A stretch of DNA of 64,000 nucleotides, taken from assembly GCF_016026235.1 (NCBI RefSeq), contig NZ_CP065613.1, one strand, 5' to 3'. A program made the translations under genes and the position numbers. The first letter of the stretch is position 1. The number at the start of each line of letters is the position of its first letter. Shown here in pieces: positions 35,607 through 49,789 of the stretch. This DNA comes from Escherichia coli (GTDB lineage Bacteria > Pseudomonadota > Gammaproteobacteria > Enterobacterales > Enterobacteriaceae). The notes under the pieces are model-generated. The model had not been told where the DNA came from and searched no databases. It worked only from the letters and a program-made list of their open reading frames with translations.

Positions 35607-36500
35607 TCACCTGAGAGCATTCAGCAGATGAATACGAAAGTTACGCGCAGCTGGACTTTGTTCATGATGTTTCGGCCAGACCAACCACATTTCAGAAACC
35701 GCATCCTCTTCAGCAATCGGCACCCAGCGCATTTCGTTGAGCTGAACACGTTTAAATGACGCAGGCAAAATTGAAACACCCAGACCGGCGGAAACCAGAC
35801 CGATGATGGTCATTGCCTCGCCCACCTCCTGAGTGATGACGGGCGTCAAATGGTAACGTCGCATCAGCCCGAGAATATCGTCATACAGCCCTGTCCCGAC
35901 GTGCGGATCAAAAAAGACAAAGGGTTCTTTCGCCAGTTCAGCCAGCGTTACATTCGGGTTATTTGCCAGGGGATGATCGTGCGGGATCATCGCCATAAGC
36001 GGTTCATGGACGATGACTGCGTGTTCAAGCGTCTCCGGTAACGCTGTGTTACGCAGCAATCCCATATCCAGCGTTCCTTCAATGAGCGGAGCGATTTGCT
36101 CGCGAGTGTTCATTTCGCGGGTTTGTAAATGGACATCGGGATAATCTCGGCGAAACAGCGATAACGTATCGGACACCGCCCGAATAAAAGGAGCCGACGA
36201 AGTAAAACCAATGCGCAACTCCCCCGCTTCACCCTGATGCAGTCTTTCAGCGCGAGCGGCAGCGTCATCCACCATAGACAGGATTTGCCGACTATCTGCA
36301 AGAAACTGTTTTCCTGCTGCCGTCAGCAATACACTGCGATTGGTTCGTGCCAGCAGTCGGGCACCAATTTGTTGCTCCAGCGCCTGAATCTGCTGACTTA
36401 GCGGCGGTTGCGAAATATTCAGGCGGGCAGCGGCGCGCCCGAAATGCAGCTCTTCCGCAACAGCAACAAAGTAACGCAGATGACGAAGTTCAATATTCAT
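35607..36500 (-). CDS. ynfL: LysR-type transcriptional regulator YnfL
   Basis: 297 aa; N-terminal HTH MNIELRHLRYFVAVAEELHFGRAA. Confidence 0.85.
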   Translation of the reverse strand: MNIELRHLRYFVAVAEELHFGRAAARLNISQPPLSQQIQALEQQIGARLLARTNRSVLLTAAGKQFLADSRQILSMVDDAAARAERLHQGEAGELRIGFTSSAPFIRAVSDTLSLFRRDYPDVHLQTREMNTREQIAPLIEGTLDMGLLRNTALPETLEHAVIVHEPLMAMIPHDHPLANNPNVTLAELAKEPFVFFDPHVGTGLYDDILGLMRRYHLTPVITQEVGEAMTIIGLVSAGLGVSILPASFKRVQLNEMRWVPIAEEDAVSEMWLVWPKHHEQSPAARNFRIHLLNALR

Positions 36501-36606
36501 ATTTAAAACATCTTATTTGAGATTATTAATATATTAGACAGAACAATTCGATTTTCCTAACCTATGTATAAGCCTGATCCACAGGCATATTTAGCAAGGA
36601 TTTCAA

Positions 36607-37860
36607 GTGAGCCGTACTACAACTGTTGATGGCGCTCCGGCAAGCGACACTGACAAGCAAAGCATTTCTCAGCCAAATCAATTTATTAAACGCGGTACGC
36701 CGCAATTTATGCGCGTCACCCTGGCGCTGTTCTCTGCCGGACTGGCAACATTTGCACTTCTCTATTGTGTGCAGCCTATCCTTCCGGTGCTTTCGCAGGA
36801 GTTTGGCTTAACGCCCGCGAACAGTAGTATTTCACTGTCCATTTCCACGGCGATGTTGGCTATTGGTTTGCTGTTTACTGGCCCCCTATCCGATGCCATT
36901 GGTCGCAAACCAGTGATGGTCACGGCGCTACTGTTGGCCTCCATTTGTACGTTACTTTCGACAATGATGACCAGCTGGCACGGCATTTTGATTATGCGCG
37001 CCTTGATTGGGCTTTCGTTAAGTGGCGTGGCAGCTGTTGGCATGACTTATCTTAGCGAGGAAATCCACCCCAGTTTCGTGGCCTTTTCGATGGGGTTGTA
37101 TATCAGCGGCAACTCAATTGGCGGCATGAGCGGACGCTTAATTAGCGGTGTCTTCACGGACTTTTTCAACTGGCGAATTGCTCTGGCGGCTATCGGTTGT
37201 TTCGCGTTAGCCTCGGCGTTGATGTTCTGGAAAATCCTCCCGGAATCACGCCATTTTCGCCCGACTTCGCTGCGACCTAAGTCGTTGTTTATCAACTTTC
37301 GTCTGCACTGGCGTGACCGGGGATTACCGTTATTGTTCGCAGAAGGCTTTTTGCTGATGGGGTCGTTCGTCACGCTGTTTAATTACATCGGCTATCGGTT
37401 GATGCTCTCCCCCTGGCATGTCAGTCAGGCCGTGGTTGGCTTATTATCGCTGGCTTATTTGACCGGTACATGGAGCTCCCCCAAAGCCGGAACCATGACC
37501 ACCCGCTATGGGCGTGGTCCAGTGATGTTGTTTTCGACGGGGGTTATGCTGTTTGGTTTACTGATGACCTTATTCAGCTCGCTGTGGCTGATCTTTGCCG
37601 GAATGTTACTCTTCTCAGCCGGATTCTTCGCAGCCCACTCAGTAGCCAGCAGCTGGATCGGCCCCCGCGCAAAACGCGCTAAAGGCCAGGCCTCCTCGCT
37701 GTATCTGTTCAGTTACTATCTGGGGTCGAGTATTGCCGGGACGCTGGGTGGTGTTTTCTGGCATAACTATGGCTGGAACGGCGTCGGCGCATTTATTGCT
37801 CTGATGCTGGTCATTGCTCTGCTGGTCGGGACGCGTTTGCATCGTCGTCTGCACGCCTGA
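36607..37860 (+). CDS. ynfM: MFS transporter YnfM
   Basis: 417 aa, 12 predicted transmembrane helices; divergent from ynfL. Confidence 0.85.
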   Translation: MSRTTTVDGAPASDTDKQSISQPNQFIKRGTPQFMRVTLALFSAGLATFALLYCVQPILPVLSQEFGLTPANSSISLSISTAMLAIGLLFTGPLSDAIGRKPVMVTALLLASICTLLSTMMTSWHGILIMRALIGLSLSGVAAVGMTYLSEEIHPSFVAFSMGLYISGNSIGGMSGRLISGVFTDFFNWRIALAAIGCFALASALMFWKILPESRHFRPTSLRPKSLFINFRLHWRDRGLPLLFAEGFLLMGSFVTLFNYIGYRLMLSPWHVSQAVVGLLSLAYLTGTWSSPKAGTMTTRYGRGPVMLFSTGVMLFGLLMTLFSSLWLIFAGMLLFSAGFFAAHSVASSWIGPRAKRAKGQASSLYLFSYYLGSSIAGTLGGVFWHNYGWNGVGAFIALMLVIALLVGTRLHRRLHA

Positions 37861-38166
37861 AAAATAAGTCCGGACTGCGGTAAATACCCGTCCGGACTTA
37901 TTGCCTGCTCAAACCAACGTTAATAGCCATCCTAAAATAGACGAAGCGCCAGCCAATTCCCGCAGCGCGTCTAGCGTCATCAGGATTATAAGTACCCAAA
38001 TAAACGGATTCATTTTGCTGTGTGTCATTTATTACTGATGCGCAGTTATTCTACCGCTTTGTAAGTAGTAAAATAGTTAACCCGATCAAGACTACTATTA
38101 TTGGTAGCTAAATTTCCCTTAAGTCACAATACGTTATTATCAACGCTGTAATTTATTCAGCGTTTG

Positions 38167-38180
38167 TACATATCGTTACA
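38167..38180 (+). promoter_or_regulatory. RstA box-like site (TACATATCGTTACA) in the asr promoter region
   Basis: Matches the published RstA box pattern TACA-T-N-T-N-GTTACA, about 105 bp upstream of the asr start. Confidence 0.5.
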
Positions 38181-38283
38181 CGCTGAAACCAACCACTCAC
38201 GGAAGTCTGCCATTCCCAGGGATATAGTTATTTCAACGGCCCCGCAGTGGGGTTAAATGAAAAAACAAATTGAGGGTATGACA

Positions 38284-38592
38284 ATGAAAAAAGTATTAGC
38301 TCTGGTTGTTGCCGCTGCTATGGGTCTGTCTTCTGCCGCCTTTGCTGCAGAGACTGCGACCACACCTGCTCCGACTGCGACGACCACCAAAGCAGCGCCG
38401 GCGAAAACTACACATCATAAAAAACAGCATAAAGCAGCACCTGCCCAGAAAGCGCAGGCGGCTAAAAAGCATCATAAAAATACGAAAGCTGAACAGAAAG
38501 CCCCTGAACAAAAAGCGCAGGCAGCGAAGAAACACGCCGGGAAACACAGCCATCAGCAACCGGCAAAACCTGCTGCACAACCCGCAGCGTAA
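38284..38592 (+). CDS. asr: Acid shock protein Asr
   Basis: 102 aa, signal peptide then Lys/His/Ala/Gln-rich low-complexity sequence. Confidence 0.9.
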   Translation: MKKVLALVVAAAMGLSSAAFAAETATTPAPTATTTKAAPAKTTHHKKQHKAAPAQKAQAAKKHHKNTKAEQKAPEQKAQAAKKHAGKHSHQQPAKPAAQPAA

Positions 38593-38684
38593 GTTTTCAA
38601 CAGTAATGCTGGCGCGCCCCCTCGCGCCTGAAAATTACGGTGCTAAGCGGGTAACGTTTAGCACCGCCTTTAGCGGAGGGTAGT

Positions 38685-38768
38685 ATGGTGGGCCGTTATC
38701 GCTTTGAGTTCATTCTTATCATCCTTATTTTATGCGCACTGATTGCCGCCCGTTTTTATCTTTCCTGA
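38685..38768 (+). CDS. ydgU: Small hydrophobic protein YdgU (27 aa)
   Basis: Translation MVGRYRFEFILIILILCALIAARFYLS; short single transmembrane helix; conserved position after asr. Confidence 0.5.
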   Translation: MVGRYRFEFILIILILCALIAARFYLS

Positions 38769-38867
38769 CTGTAGTTATCTGATTTTACTCCCACTTTCAT
38801 CCCGTCCCGTCTATAGTATTTATGAGGGTTTGCTTTTAATAATCATAATTACCCACCAGAGTGTGAT

Positions 38868-39689
38868 ATGCGTACAACCATTGCTGTAGTGTTGGGTGCA
38901 ATTAGTTTGACGTCTGCTTTTGTGTTTGCAGATAAACCAGACGTTGCCAAATCGGCAAACGATGAGGTCAGCACCCTGTTTTTTGGTCATGATGATCGTG
39001 TGCCAGTGAATGACACGACCCAATCACCGTGGGATGCGGTTGGGCAACTGGAAACGGCCAGCGGCAATTTATGTACGGCGACGCTGATTGCACCCAATCT
39101 GGCATTAACGGCAGGACACTGTTTATTGACACCTCCAAAGGGTAAAGCCGATAAAGCAGTGGCGCTGCGTTTTGTGTCAAATAAAGGTCTTTGGCGCTAT
39201 GACATCCACGACATAGAAGGCCGCGTTGATCCGACACTGGGAAAGCGGTTAAAAGCAGATGGGGATGGTTGGATTGTACCTCCCGCAGCCGCGCCGTGGG
39301 ACTTCGGATTGATTGTGCTACGTAATCCCCCTTCTGGCATTACGCCGTTGCTGTTATTTGAGGGAGATAAAGCCGCGCTTACCGCCGCATTAAAAGCGGC
39401 AGGTCGTAAAGTGACTCAGGCAGGATACCCTGAAGATCATCTCGATACGTTGTACAGTCATCAAAACTGTGAAGTGACTGGCTGGGCGCAAACGTCGGTG
39501 ATGTCACATCAGTGCGATACCTTGCCGGGTGACAGCGGTTCGCCTCTGATGTTGCATACCGATGACGGCTGGCAATTAATTGGGGTGCAAAGTTCGGCTC
39601 CTGCCGCGAAAGATCGCTGGCGCGCCGATAACCGGGCCATTTCTGTTACCGGTTTTCGCGACAAGCTGGATCAACTGTCGCAAAAATAA
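38868..39689 (+). CDS. ydgD: Secreted trypsin-like serine peptidase YdgD
   Basis: 273 aa; signal peptide; TAGHC and GDSGSP active-site motifs. Confidence 0.85.
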   Translation: MRTTIAVVLGAISLTSAFVFADKPDVAKSANDEVSTLFFGHDDRVPVNDTTQSPWDAVGQLETASGNLCTATLIAPNLALTAGHCLLTPPKGKADKAVALRFVSNKGLWRYDIHDIEGRVDPTLGKRLKADGDGWIVPPAAAPWDFGLIVLRNPPSGITPLLLFEGDKAALTAALKAAGRKVTQAGYPEDHLDTLYSHQNCEVTGWAQTSVMSHQCDTLPGDSGSPLMLHTDDGWQLIGVQSSAPAAKDRWRADNRAISVTGFRDKLDQLSQK

Positions 39690-39696
39690 TGTTCAA

Positions 39697-39722
39697 ACGC
39701 TGCCCGACAGCGCGGGCAGCGT
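39697..39722. terminator. Hairpin between convergent ydgD and mdtI
   Basis: Inverted repeat CGCTGCCCG-ACAG-CGCGGGCAGCG. Confidence 0.4.
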
Positions 39723-39727
39723 GTTCA

Positions 39728-40057
39728 TCAGGCAAGTTTCACCATGATCATTCCAGCCAACAGCAAGACCAGGCCAATCCAGCCTTTACGATTTAACCGT
39801 TGACCAAACAAGATCCAACCTGCGGCTAACGTGGCGGCAATACCAAACCCGCCCCACAATGCATAAGCGACAGACAAGTCGATCCCTTTAACGGCTTGAG
39901 AAAGCGCACTAAAGGCAGCCAGCACCGCCGCCAGGGAGAGCAAGCCAAATATTTTGCGACGAAAGCCGTCAGAAAATTTCAAAAAGACGTTAGCAACGAT
40001 TTCCAGCACGATTGCCAATGCCAGCCAGGCGGCGTGAACCCATTCAAACTGCGCCAT
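39728..40057 (-). CDS. mdtI: SMR-family spermidine exporter subunit MdtI
   Basis: 109 aa, four transmembrane helices. Confidence 0.9.
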
Positions 40058-40409
40058 GGTTCACCTCCAGTTCAGGTTTACGCGCTTTACGGGTACCTGA
40101 TTTTATCAACACAATCCCGGCGACCAGGGTGGTTAACCCGGCAATTTTCATCAGCGATAAACTTTCGTCGAATAACAAAACGCTAAACAAGGTAATAAAT
40201 AAAATACCGATACCTTCCCACAGCGCATAAGCTACGCCTAAGGCGATTTTTTTAACGGCGAAAGAGAGAAATATATACGACAGAGAAATCATCACCAGCA
40301 TTAAAATAAAGCCGCCATTTCCCTCACTGACGCTCGCCCATTTCATGGACAGCGTACCGGTAATTTCTGTAGCAATAGCCAGACCTAATAAAATCCAATA
40401 AATATACAT
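40044..40409 (-). CDS. mdtJ: SMR-family spermidine exporter subunit MdtJ
   Basis: 121 aa; overlaps mdtI start. Confidence 0.9.
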
Positions 40410-40820
40410 TGTCCTTCTCCTGCAAGAGAATTATTTTAATTTTCGCTTAATTCAGCGAAACCAAAGTAAAGTGGTCAAGCCCCGCGCTTAGCGCAAGCTT
40501 TGGCAGAAGAAAGGACTAAAGCGCGTTGCGCCAGTGCTGCTCACCTACGAGCAAGATAGTGGATGAGGTACGAAGATGGGTAAATGTAGAAAATAACGTC
40601 CTGAACAAATTGTCCATAATATTACAATTATCCGCAGTGTTGCTTCTCGTCATCGCGGATGATAATTGTCCTCGGTAGTTGAACACGCCTGATTTGTATC
40701 ATAGCTTAAGAATTAACTCAAAATATTTTCACTTCTTTACCTGAGCGGTTTGATTTTCGTTATGATGATGGAGCGAAAAAGACATTATTATTAGCAAAGG
40801 AAGAAAAAACGGGGACAAGC

Positions 40821-41855
40821 ATGGCAAAGCCGATCATCACGCTCAATGGCCTAAAAATCGTCATTATGTTGGGAATGCTGGTCATTATTCTCTGCGGTAT
40901 CCGTTTTGCCGCCGAGATCATCGTGCCGTTTATTCTCGCATTATTTATTGCTGTTATTCTTAACCCGCTGGTGCAACACATGGTCCGCTGGCGAGTGCCG
41001 CGTGTACTGGCGGTGTCGATTTTGATGACCATCATCGTGATGGCTATGGTGTTGCTGTTAGCTTATCTGGGTTCCACGCTCAACGAGTTGACGCGGACGT
41101 TACCGCAATATCGCAACTCTATTATGACGCCGCTGCAAGCTCTTGAGCCGTTGTTGCAACGCGTAGGGATTGACGTCTCAGTTGACCAACTGGCGCATTA
41201 CATTGATCCGAACGCGGCGATGACGTTGCTCACCAACTTATTGACGCAGTTATCTAATGCCATGTCATCAATATTTTTATTGCTGCTGACGGTGCTGTTT
41301 ATGCTGCTCGAAGTGCCACAATTGCCCGGAAAATTTCAGCAAATGATGGCGCGTCCGGTTGAAGGGATGGCGGCGATTCAGCGTGCGATTGACAGTGTGT
41401 CTCATTATCTGGTGCTGAAAACAGCCATCAGCATCATCACCGGCCTGGTCGCATGGGCGATGCTCGCCGCCCTCGATGTTCGCTTCGCTTTTGTCTGGGG
41501 ATTGCTGGCCTTTGCACTTAATTACATCCCTAATATTGGTTCAGTTCTCGCGGCAATCCCCCCTATCGCTCAGGTACTGGTATTTAATGGCTTCTACGAA
41601 GCGTTGCTGGTGCTGGCGGGATATCTGCTGATTAATCTGGTCTTCGGCAATATTCTGGAGCCGCGCATCATGGGGCGTGGGCTGGGTCTTTCCACATTGG
41701 TGGTATTTTTGTCGTTGATTTTTTGGGGATGGTTGTTAGGACCGGTGGGTATGCTGCTTTCCGTGCCGTTGACAATTATTGTCAAAATTGCGCTTGAACA
41801 AACAGCGGGAGGTCAAAGCATCGCCGTTCTGTTAAGCGATCTCAATAAAGAGTGA
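40821..41855 (+). CDS. tqsA: AI-2 exporter TqsA (YdgG), AI-2E family
   Basis: 344 aa polytopic membrane protein. Confidence 0.85.
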   Translation: MAKPIITLNGLKIVIMLGMLVIILCGIRFAAEIIVPFILALFIAVILNPLVQHMVRWRVPRVLAVSILMTIIVMAMVLLLAYLGSTLNELTRTLPQYRNSIMTPLQALEPLLQRVGIDVSVDQLAHYIDPNAAMTLLTNLLTQLSNAMSSIFLLLLTVLFMLLEVPQLPGKFQQMMARPVEGMAAIQRAIDSVSHYLVLKTAISIITGLVAWAMLAALDVRFAFVWGLLAFALNYIPNIGSVLAAIPPIAQVLVFNGFYEALLVLAGYLLINLVFGNILEPRIMGRGLGLSTLVVFLSLIFWGWLLGPVGMLLSVPLTIIVKIALEQTAGGQSIAVLLSDLNKE

Positions 41856-41876
41856 CGGCCTCCGCAGAGGCCGTCA
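41855..41876. terminator. Hairpin between convergent tqsA and pntB
   Basis: Inverted repeat GACGGCCTC-CGCA-GAGGCCGTC. Confidence 0.4.
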
Positions 41877-41879
41877 GGG

Positions 41880-43271
<1,392 letters not shown>

Positions 43272-43278
43272 TTACCCC

Positions 43279-44874
<1,596 letters not shown>

Positions 44875-45334
44875 TCATGTACGAGCTAAATGTTACTCCG
44901 TTAAAATAAATTAGTAACAAACGCCCTATAACGTACTGAAAATTATGCCTGTGATCTAGCGCCAAAAATGAGTATTTCGGCGTGAACTCGCAAAATATTA
45001 ACGATTCAGCCGTGATAGTGGGATAAACACCTTAGAACGCCGGATAAAGACTGATAATTGTCTTCGACGGTCGGGTAAAACGAGACATCGCCCCGGCACG
45101 ATTCACTACTTAACATTAAATTAACTTATACAATTCAGTTGCTTCAGTAGTAATGATGCTGACACGGCTGTTTTTTAAGCATAGACGGTCATTTGAGCAG
45201 GATTAAAATTGGCTTAAGGAATGTGATATGAAAAATGACGCAGACAGTTACACCGTTTAAATGCAATAATCAGCCACGTTTCTCGTTAATAACAATACCA
45301 GTACCTGGTTTGCGCAAGGCGAAGGATTATTTTT

Positions 45335-46279
45335 ATGAAGCTTAAGAACACCCTCCTGGCGTCGGCACTGCTTTCTGCTACGGCATTCTCCGTTAACGCA
45401 GCAACAGAACTGACACCGGAGCAAGCGGCAGCGGTTAAACCTTTTGACCGTGTAGTGGTTACCGGTCGTTTTAATGCTATTGGCGAAGCGGTGAAAGCCG
45501 TTTCTCGTCGCGCAGATAAAGAAGGTGCCGCCTCTTTTTATGTTGTCGACACTTCTGATTTTGGTAACAGCGGTAACTGGCGTGTGGTCGCTGACCTCTA
45601 TAAAGCCGATGCTGAAAAAGCAGAAGAAACAAGTAATCGCGTAATTAACGGTGTTGTCGAACTGCCGAAAGATCAGGCTGTTCTGATTGAACCGTTTGAC
45701 ACGGTCACCGTCCAGGGCTTCTATCGTAGCCAGCCAGAAGTCAATGATGCCATCACCAAAGCAGCAAAAGCGAAAGGTGCCTACTCTTTCTACATTGTTC
45801 GTCAAATCGATGCCAACCAGGGCGGCAACCAGCGTATTACTGCATTCATCTATAAAAAAGATGCTAAGAAACGTATCGTCCAGAGCCCGGATGTGATCCC
45901 GGCAGATTCCGAAGCAGGACGTGCAGCTCTGGCTGCCGGTGGCGAAGCCGCGAAGAAAGTTGAGATCCCAGGTGTTGCGACTACCGCATCACCAAGTTCT
46001 GAAGTCGGTCGTTTCTTTGAAACCCAGTCATCAAAAGGCGGACGTTACACTGTCACGCTTCCTGACGGCACTAAAGTCGAAGAACTGAACAAAGCGACAG
46101 CAGCGATGATGGTCCCGTTCGACAGCATCAAATTCTCTGGCAACTACGGCAACATGACCGAAGTCTCCTATCAGGTTGCGAAACGTGCCGCGAAGAAAGG
46201 TGCTAAGTATTACCACATCACCCGCCAGTGGCAGGAACGTGGTAATAACCTGACCGTCAGCGCAGATCTGTATAAATAA
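45335..46279 (+). CDS. ydgH: DUF1471-repeat periplasmic protein YdgH
   Basis: 314 aa, signal peptide, three YdgH/BhsA/McbA-like repeats. Confidence 0.85.
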   Translation: MKLKNTLLASALLSATAFSVNAATELTPEQAAAVKPFDRVVVTGRFNAIGEAVKAVSRRADKEGAASFYVVDTSDFGNSGNWRVVADLYKADAEKAEETSNRVINGVVELPKDQAVLIEPFDTVTVQGFYRSQPEVNDAITKAAKAKGAYSFYIVRQIDANQGGNQRITAFIYKKDAKKRIVQSPDVIPADSEAGRAALAAGGEAAKKVEIPGVATTASPSSEVGRFFETQSSKGGRYTVTLPDGTKVEELNKATAAMMVPFDSIKFSGNYGNMTEVSYQVAKRAAKKGAKYYHITRQWQERGNNLTVSADLYK

Positions 46280-46298
46280 CTATTCAATTACTCCTATG

Positions 46299-46330
46299 AG
46301 GCGGCTTGATGCCGCCTTTCGCATTTTTAG
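46299..46330 (+). terminator. Rho-independent terminator after ydgH
   Basis: Hairpin AGGCGGC-TTGAT-GCCGCCT followed by a T-rich run. Confidence 0.6.
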
Positions 46331-46464
46331 TCACAAATTTCCCCGCGACCATTGCATGCAGACACATCTCTTCGTAAAATCCCGCGCTTCAGTGGCAAAC
46401 TCCATTTTTATGCGTTTTGCCCTAATATTTATTCTTCTTATCACGTTTTAATCACTGGATATCG

Positions 46465-47847
46465 ATGGAAAAGAAACTGGGACTGAGCGCACTCACCGCG
46501 CTGGTATTAAGCTCAATGCTGGGCGCGGGTGTTTTCAGTCTGCCGCAAAATATGGCGGCAGTTGCCAGCCCGGCAGCACTGCTCATCGGCTGGGGTATTA
46601 CTGGCGCTGGCATTTTATTGCTGGCCTTTGCCATGCTGATCCTCACGCGCATTCGTCCCGAACTTGACGGCGGTATCTTTACCTATGCCCGCGAAGGGTT
46701 TGGCGAGCTAATCGGCTTTTGTTCCGCATGGGGATACTGGCTGTGCGCAGTCATCGCCAACGTCTCCTATCTGGTGATCGTTTTTTCCGCGTTAAGCTTT
46801 TTTACGGACACGCCGGAATTGCGCCTGTTCGGCGATGGTAATACCTGGCAATCGATAGTCGGTGCATCGGCTTTATTGTGGATTGTTCACTTTTTGATCC
46901 TGCGCGGGGTGCAAACCGCTGCCAGCATTAACCTGGTGGCGACACTGGCAAAATTGTTGCCGCTGGGTCTGTTTGTTGTGCTGGCGATGATGATGTTCAA
47001 ACTGGATACCTTCAAGCTCGACTTCACCGGACTTGCACTTGGCGTACCCGTTTGGGAACAGGTGAAAAACACCATGCTGATCACCCTGTGGGTTTTCATT
47101 GGTGTGGAAGGTGCCGTGGTTGTTTCTGCGCGTGCGCGTAATAAACGTGATGTTGGCAAAGCGACACTGCTGGCGGTTCTCTCCGCTCTGGGCGTTTACT
47201 TGCTGGTAACGCTGCTTTCGCTGGGTGTGGTGGCACGTCCTGAACTGGCTGAAATTCGTAACCCGTCAATGGCCGGTCTGATGGTGGAAATGATGGGACC
47301 ATGGGGCGAAATCATCATCGCTGCCGGTTTGATCGTTTCCGTTTGCGGCGCGTACTTAAGCTGGACCATCATGGCGGCAGAAGTTCCGTTCCTGGCTGCC
47401 ACTCATAAAGCATTCCCACGCATTTTTGCGCGCCAGAACGCACAAGCTGCGCCATCCGCCTCACTGTGGTTGACCAACATCTGCGTGCAAATTTGTCTGG
47501 TACTCATCTGGCTGACCGGTTCCGATTACAACACGTTGCTGACCATCGCCTCAGAAATGATTCTGGTGCCCTATTTCCTGGTCGGCGCGTTCTTGCTGAA
47601 AATCGCAACCCGTCCACTGCATAAAGCGGTAGGTGTCGGTGCCTGCATTTATGGCTTATGGTTATTGTACGCCTCTGGTCCAATGCACTTGCTGTTATCC
47701 GTTGTTCTGTATGCACCGGGGCTGCTGGTTTTCCTGTATGCGCGCAAAACGCATACACATGATAATGTACTGAACCGTCAGGAAATGGTGCTGATTGGCA
47801 TGCTGTTAATTGCCTCAGTTCCGGCGACCTGGATGCTGGTGGGATAA
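46465..47847 (+). CDS. ydgI: APC-family amino acid antiporter YdgI (ArcD-like)
   Basis: 460 aa, 12-13 transmembrane helices. Confidence 0.85.
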   Translation: MEKKLGLSALTALVLSSMLGAGVFSLPQNMAAVASPAALLIGWGITGAGILLLAFAMLILTRIRPELDGGIFTYAREGFGELIGFCSAWGYWLCAVIANVSYLVIVFSALSFFTDTPELRLFGDGNTWQSIVGASALLWIVHFLILRGVQTAASINLVATLAKLLPLGLFVVLAMMMFKLDTFKLDFTGLALGVPVWEQVKNTMLITLWVFIGVEGAVVVSARARNKRDVGKATLLAVLSALGVYLLVTLLSLGVVARPELAEIRNPSMAGLMVEMMGPWGEIIIAAGLIVSVCGAYLSWTIMAAEVPFLAATHKAFPRIFARQNAQAAPSASLWLTNICVQICLVLIWLTGSDYNTLLTIASEMILVPYFLVGAFLLKIATRPLHKAVGVGACIYGLWLLYASGPMHLLLSVVLYAPGLLVFLYARKTHTHDNVLNRQEMVLIGMLLIASVPATWMLVG

Positions 47848-47883
47848 CGTTCATCCCATCGTTGGATAGCAAAGGAGATAACG

Positions 47884-48606
47884 ATGGGTAAAACCCAGCC
47901 CTTGCCAATATTAATTACTGGCGGAGGTCGTCGCATCGGCCTCGCCCTCGCATGGCATTTCATTAATCAAAAGCAACCGGTGATTGTCAGCTATCGGACA
48001 CACTATCCAGCCATTGATGGACTGATTAATGCAGGTGCGCAGTGTATTCAGGCTGATTTTTCGACCAACGACGGTGTGATGGCGTTTGCCGATGAAGTAC
48101 TAAAAAGCACCCATGGTCTGCGTGCTATTTTGCATAACGCCAGTGCGTGGATGGCGGAAAAACCGGGTGCGCCACTGGTCGACGTACTGGCTTGCATGAT
48201 GCAGATCCACGTTAATACCCCATACCTGCTCAACCATGCGCTGGAAAGATTACTGCGTGGGCACGGACACGCCGCCAGCGATATCATTCACTTTACCGAT
48301 TATGTGGTGGAGCGCGGTAGCGACAAACATATTGCGTATGCTGCAAGCAAAGCGGCACTGGATAATATGACCCGCTCGTTTGCCCGCAAGCTGGCACCGG
48401 AAGTGAAAGTGAATTCTATTGCGCCATCGCTGATCCTGTTTAATGAACATGATGATGCCGAATATCGACAACAGGCGCTGAATAAATCACTGATGAAAAC
48501 CGCGCCTGGCGAGAAAGAAGTGATCGACCTGGTCGATTACTTACTTACCAGTTGCTTTGTCACCGGACGCAGTTTCCCACTTGATGGCGGTCGTCATCTG
48601 CGTTAA
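47884..48606 (+). CDS. folM: Dihydromonapterin reductase (SDR family)
   Basis: 240 aa; TGGGRRIG cofactor motif and YAASKAAL catalytic motif. Confidence 0.9.
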   Translation: MGKTQPLPILITGGGRRIGLALAWHFINQKQPVIVSYRTHYPAIDGLINAGAQCIQADFSTNDGVMAFADEVLKSTHGLRAILHNASAWMAEKPGAPLVDVLACMMQIHVNTPYLLNHALERLLRGHGHAASDIIHFTDYVVERGSDKHIAYAASKAALDNMTRSFARKLAPEVKVNSIAPSLILFNEHDDAEYRQQALNKSLMKTAPGEKEVIDLVDYLLTSCFVTGRSFPLDGGRHLR

Positions 48607-48938
48607 TGCAGCTTTATCCAGCATATAATCAACACCCATGCGCTTATCCCCCAACACGCAACAGAACCAACAAAAGCGGCGGGCAAGCGCATCATTCCGG
48701 TGAAATACCACAGCGACACCAGGTAAACAAAATAGGGAATAATCGACCACATACTAAAAATGATGGTTGCGCGTAAGGCTTCAATGCCGCGTTCGCTGGC
48801 AACAATATAATGCGCGATAAGCGCAAAGGTCGGGAAAAGTGGAATCAGCCCGGCGATATAATAATTTTTCGTTTTTGCTAAAACACCAATCAACAGCACT
48901 ACCAGCGCACCGAGCGCGGCTTTGATTACCAGCCCCAT
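48603..48938 (-). CDS. ydgC: GlpM-family inner membrane protein YdgC
   Basis: 111 aa, hydrophobic. Confidence 0.85.
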   Translation of the reverse strand: MGLVIKAALGALVVLLIGVLAKTKNYYIAGLIPLFPTFALIAHYIVASERGIEALRATIIFSMWSIIPYFVYLVSLWYFTGMMRLPAAFVGSVACWGISAWVLIICWIKLH

Positions 48939-49066
48939 CTTTTTACCTTAACACTTCCATAACAAGTCATCAGTAGAATACCTGATGAAAACTTGTTTAG
49001 AAACGATTGATAGTAAGTAAAAACAGCGCGGTGTATTGTGACGTTTTTATATCTACCGTGAATGTT

Positions 49067-49786
49067 ATGAACACTATCGTATTTGTGGAAGATGATGCGG
49101 AAGTCGGTTCACTGATTGCCGCGTACCTGGCAAAACATGATATGCAGGTTACCGTAGAGCCGCGCGGCGACCAGGCCGAAAAAACCATTTTGCGAGAAAA
49201 TCCGGATTTGGTGTTACTCGACATCATGCTACCAGGCAAGGACGGCATGACCATTTGTCGTGATTTACGCGCAAATTGGTCCGGACCGATTGTTCTTCTA
49301 ACCTCTCTCGATAGCGATATGAACCACATCCTGGCACTGGAAATGGGTGCCTGCGACTATATTCTCAAAACGACGCCCCCTGCTGTTTTGTTAGCGCGTT
49401 TACGTTTGCATTTGCGTCAGAATGAGCAAGCCACGCTTACCAAAGGTCTTCAGGAAACGTCACTGACTCCCTACAAAGCCCTGCATTTCGGCACGTTGAC
49501 CATCGATCCTATCAACCGCGTAGTCACCCTGGCTAACACTGAAATCTCGCTCTCGACAGCTGATTTCGAATTATTGTGGGAATTAGCAACCCATGCCGGG
49601 CAAATCATGGACCGCGATGCATTGCTGAAAAATTTACGCGGCGTCAGTTATGACGGACTGGATCGTAGCGTGGACGTGGCTATTTCGCGGTTAAGAAAAA
49701 AACTGCTCGATAACGCCGCAGAACCTTATCGCATTAAAACTGTGCGTAACAAAGGCTATCTTTTTGCGCCTCATGCATGGGAATAA
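49067..49786 (+). CDS. rstA: OmpR-family response regulator RstA
   Basis: 239 aa from MNTIVFVEDDAEVGSL; receiver plus winged-helix domains. Confidence 0.9.
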   Translation: MNTIVFVEDDAEVGSLIAAYLAKHDMQVTVEPRGDQAEKTILRENPDLVLLDIMLPGKDGMTICRDLRANWSGPIVLLTSLDSDMNHILALEMGACDYILKTTPPAVLLARLRLHLRQNEQATLTKGLQETSLTPYKALHFGTLTIDPINRVVTLANTEISLSTADFELLWELATHAGQIMDRDALLKNLRGVSYDGLDRSVDVAISRLRKKLLDNAAEPYRIKTVRNKGYLFAPHAWE

Positions 49787-49789
49787 GCG

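Noticed and set aside
37865-37903. Long inverted repeat (AAGTCCGGAC...GTCCGGACTT) after ynfM, considered as a terminator or REP element
   Set aside because: No T-run follows the hairpin and it does not match the REP consensus; function not supportable from sequence alone.
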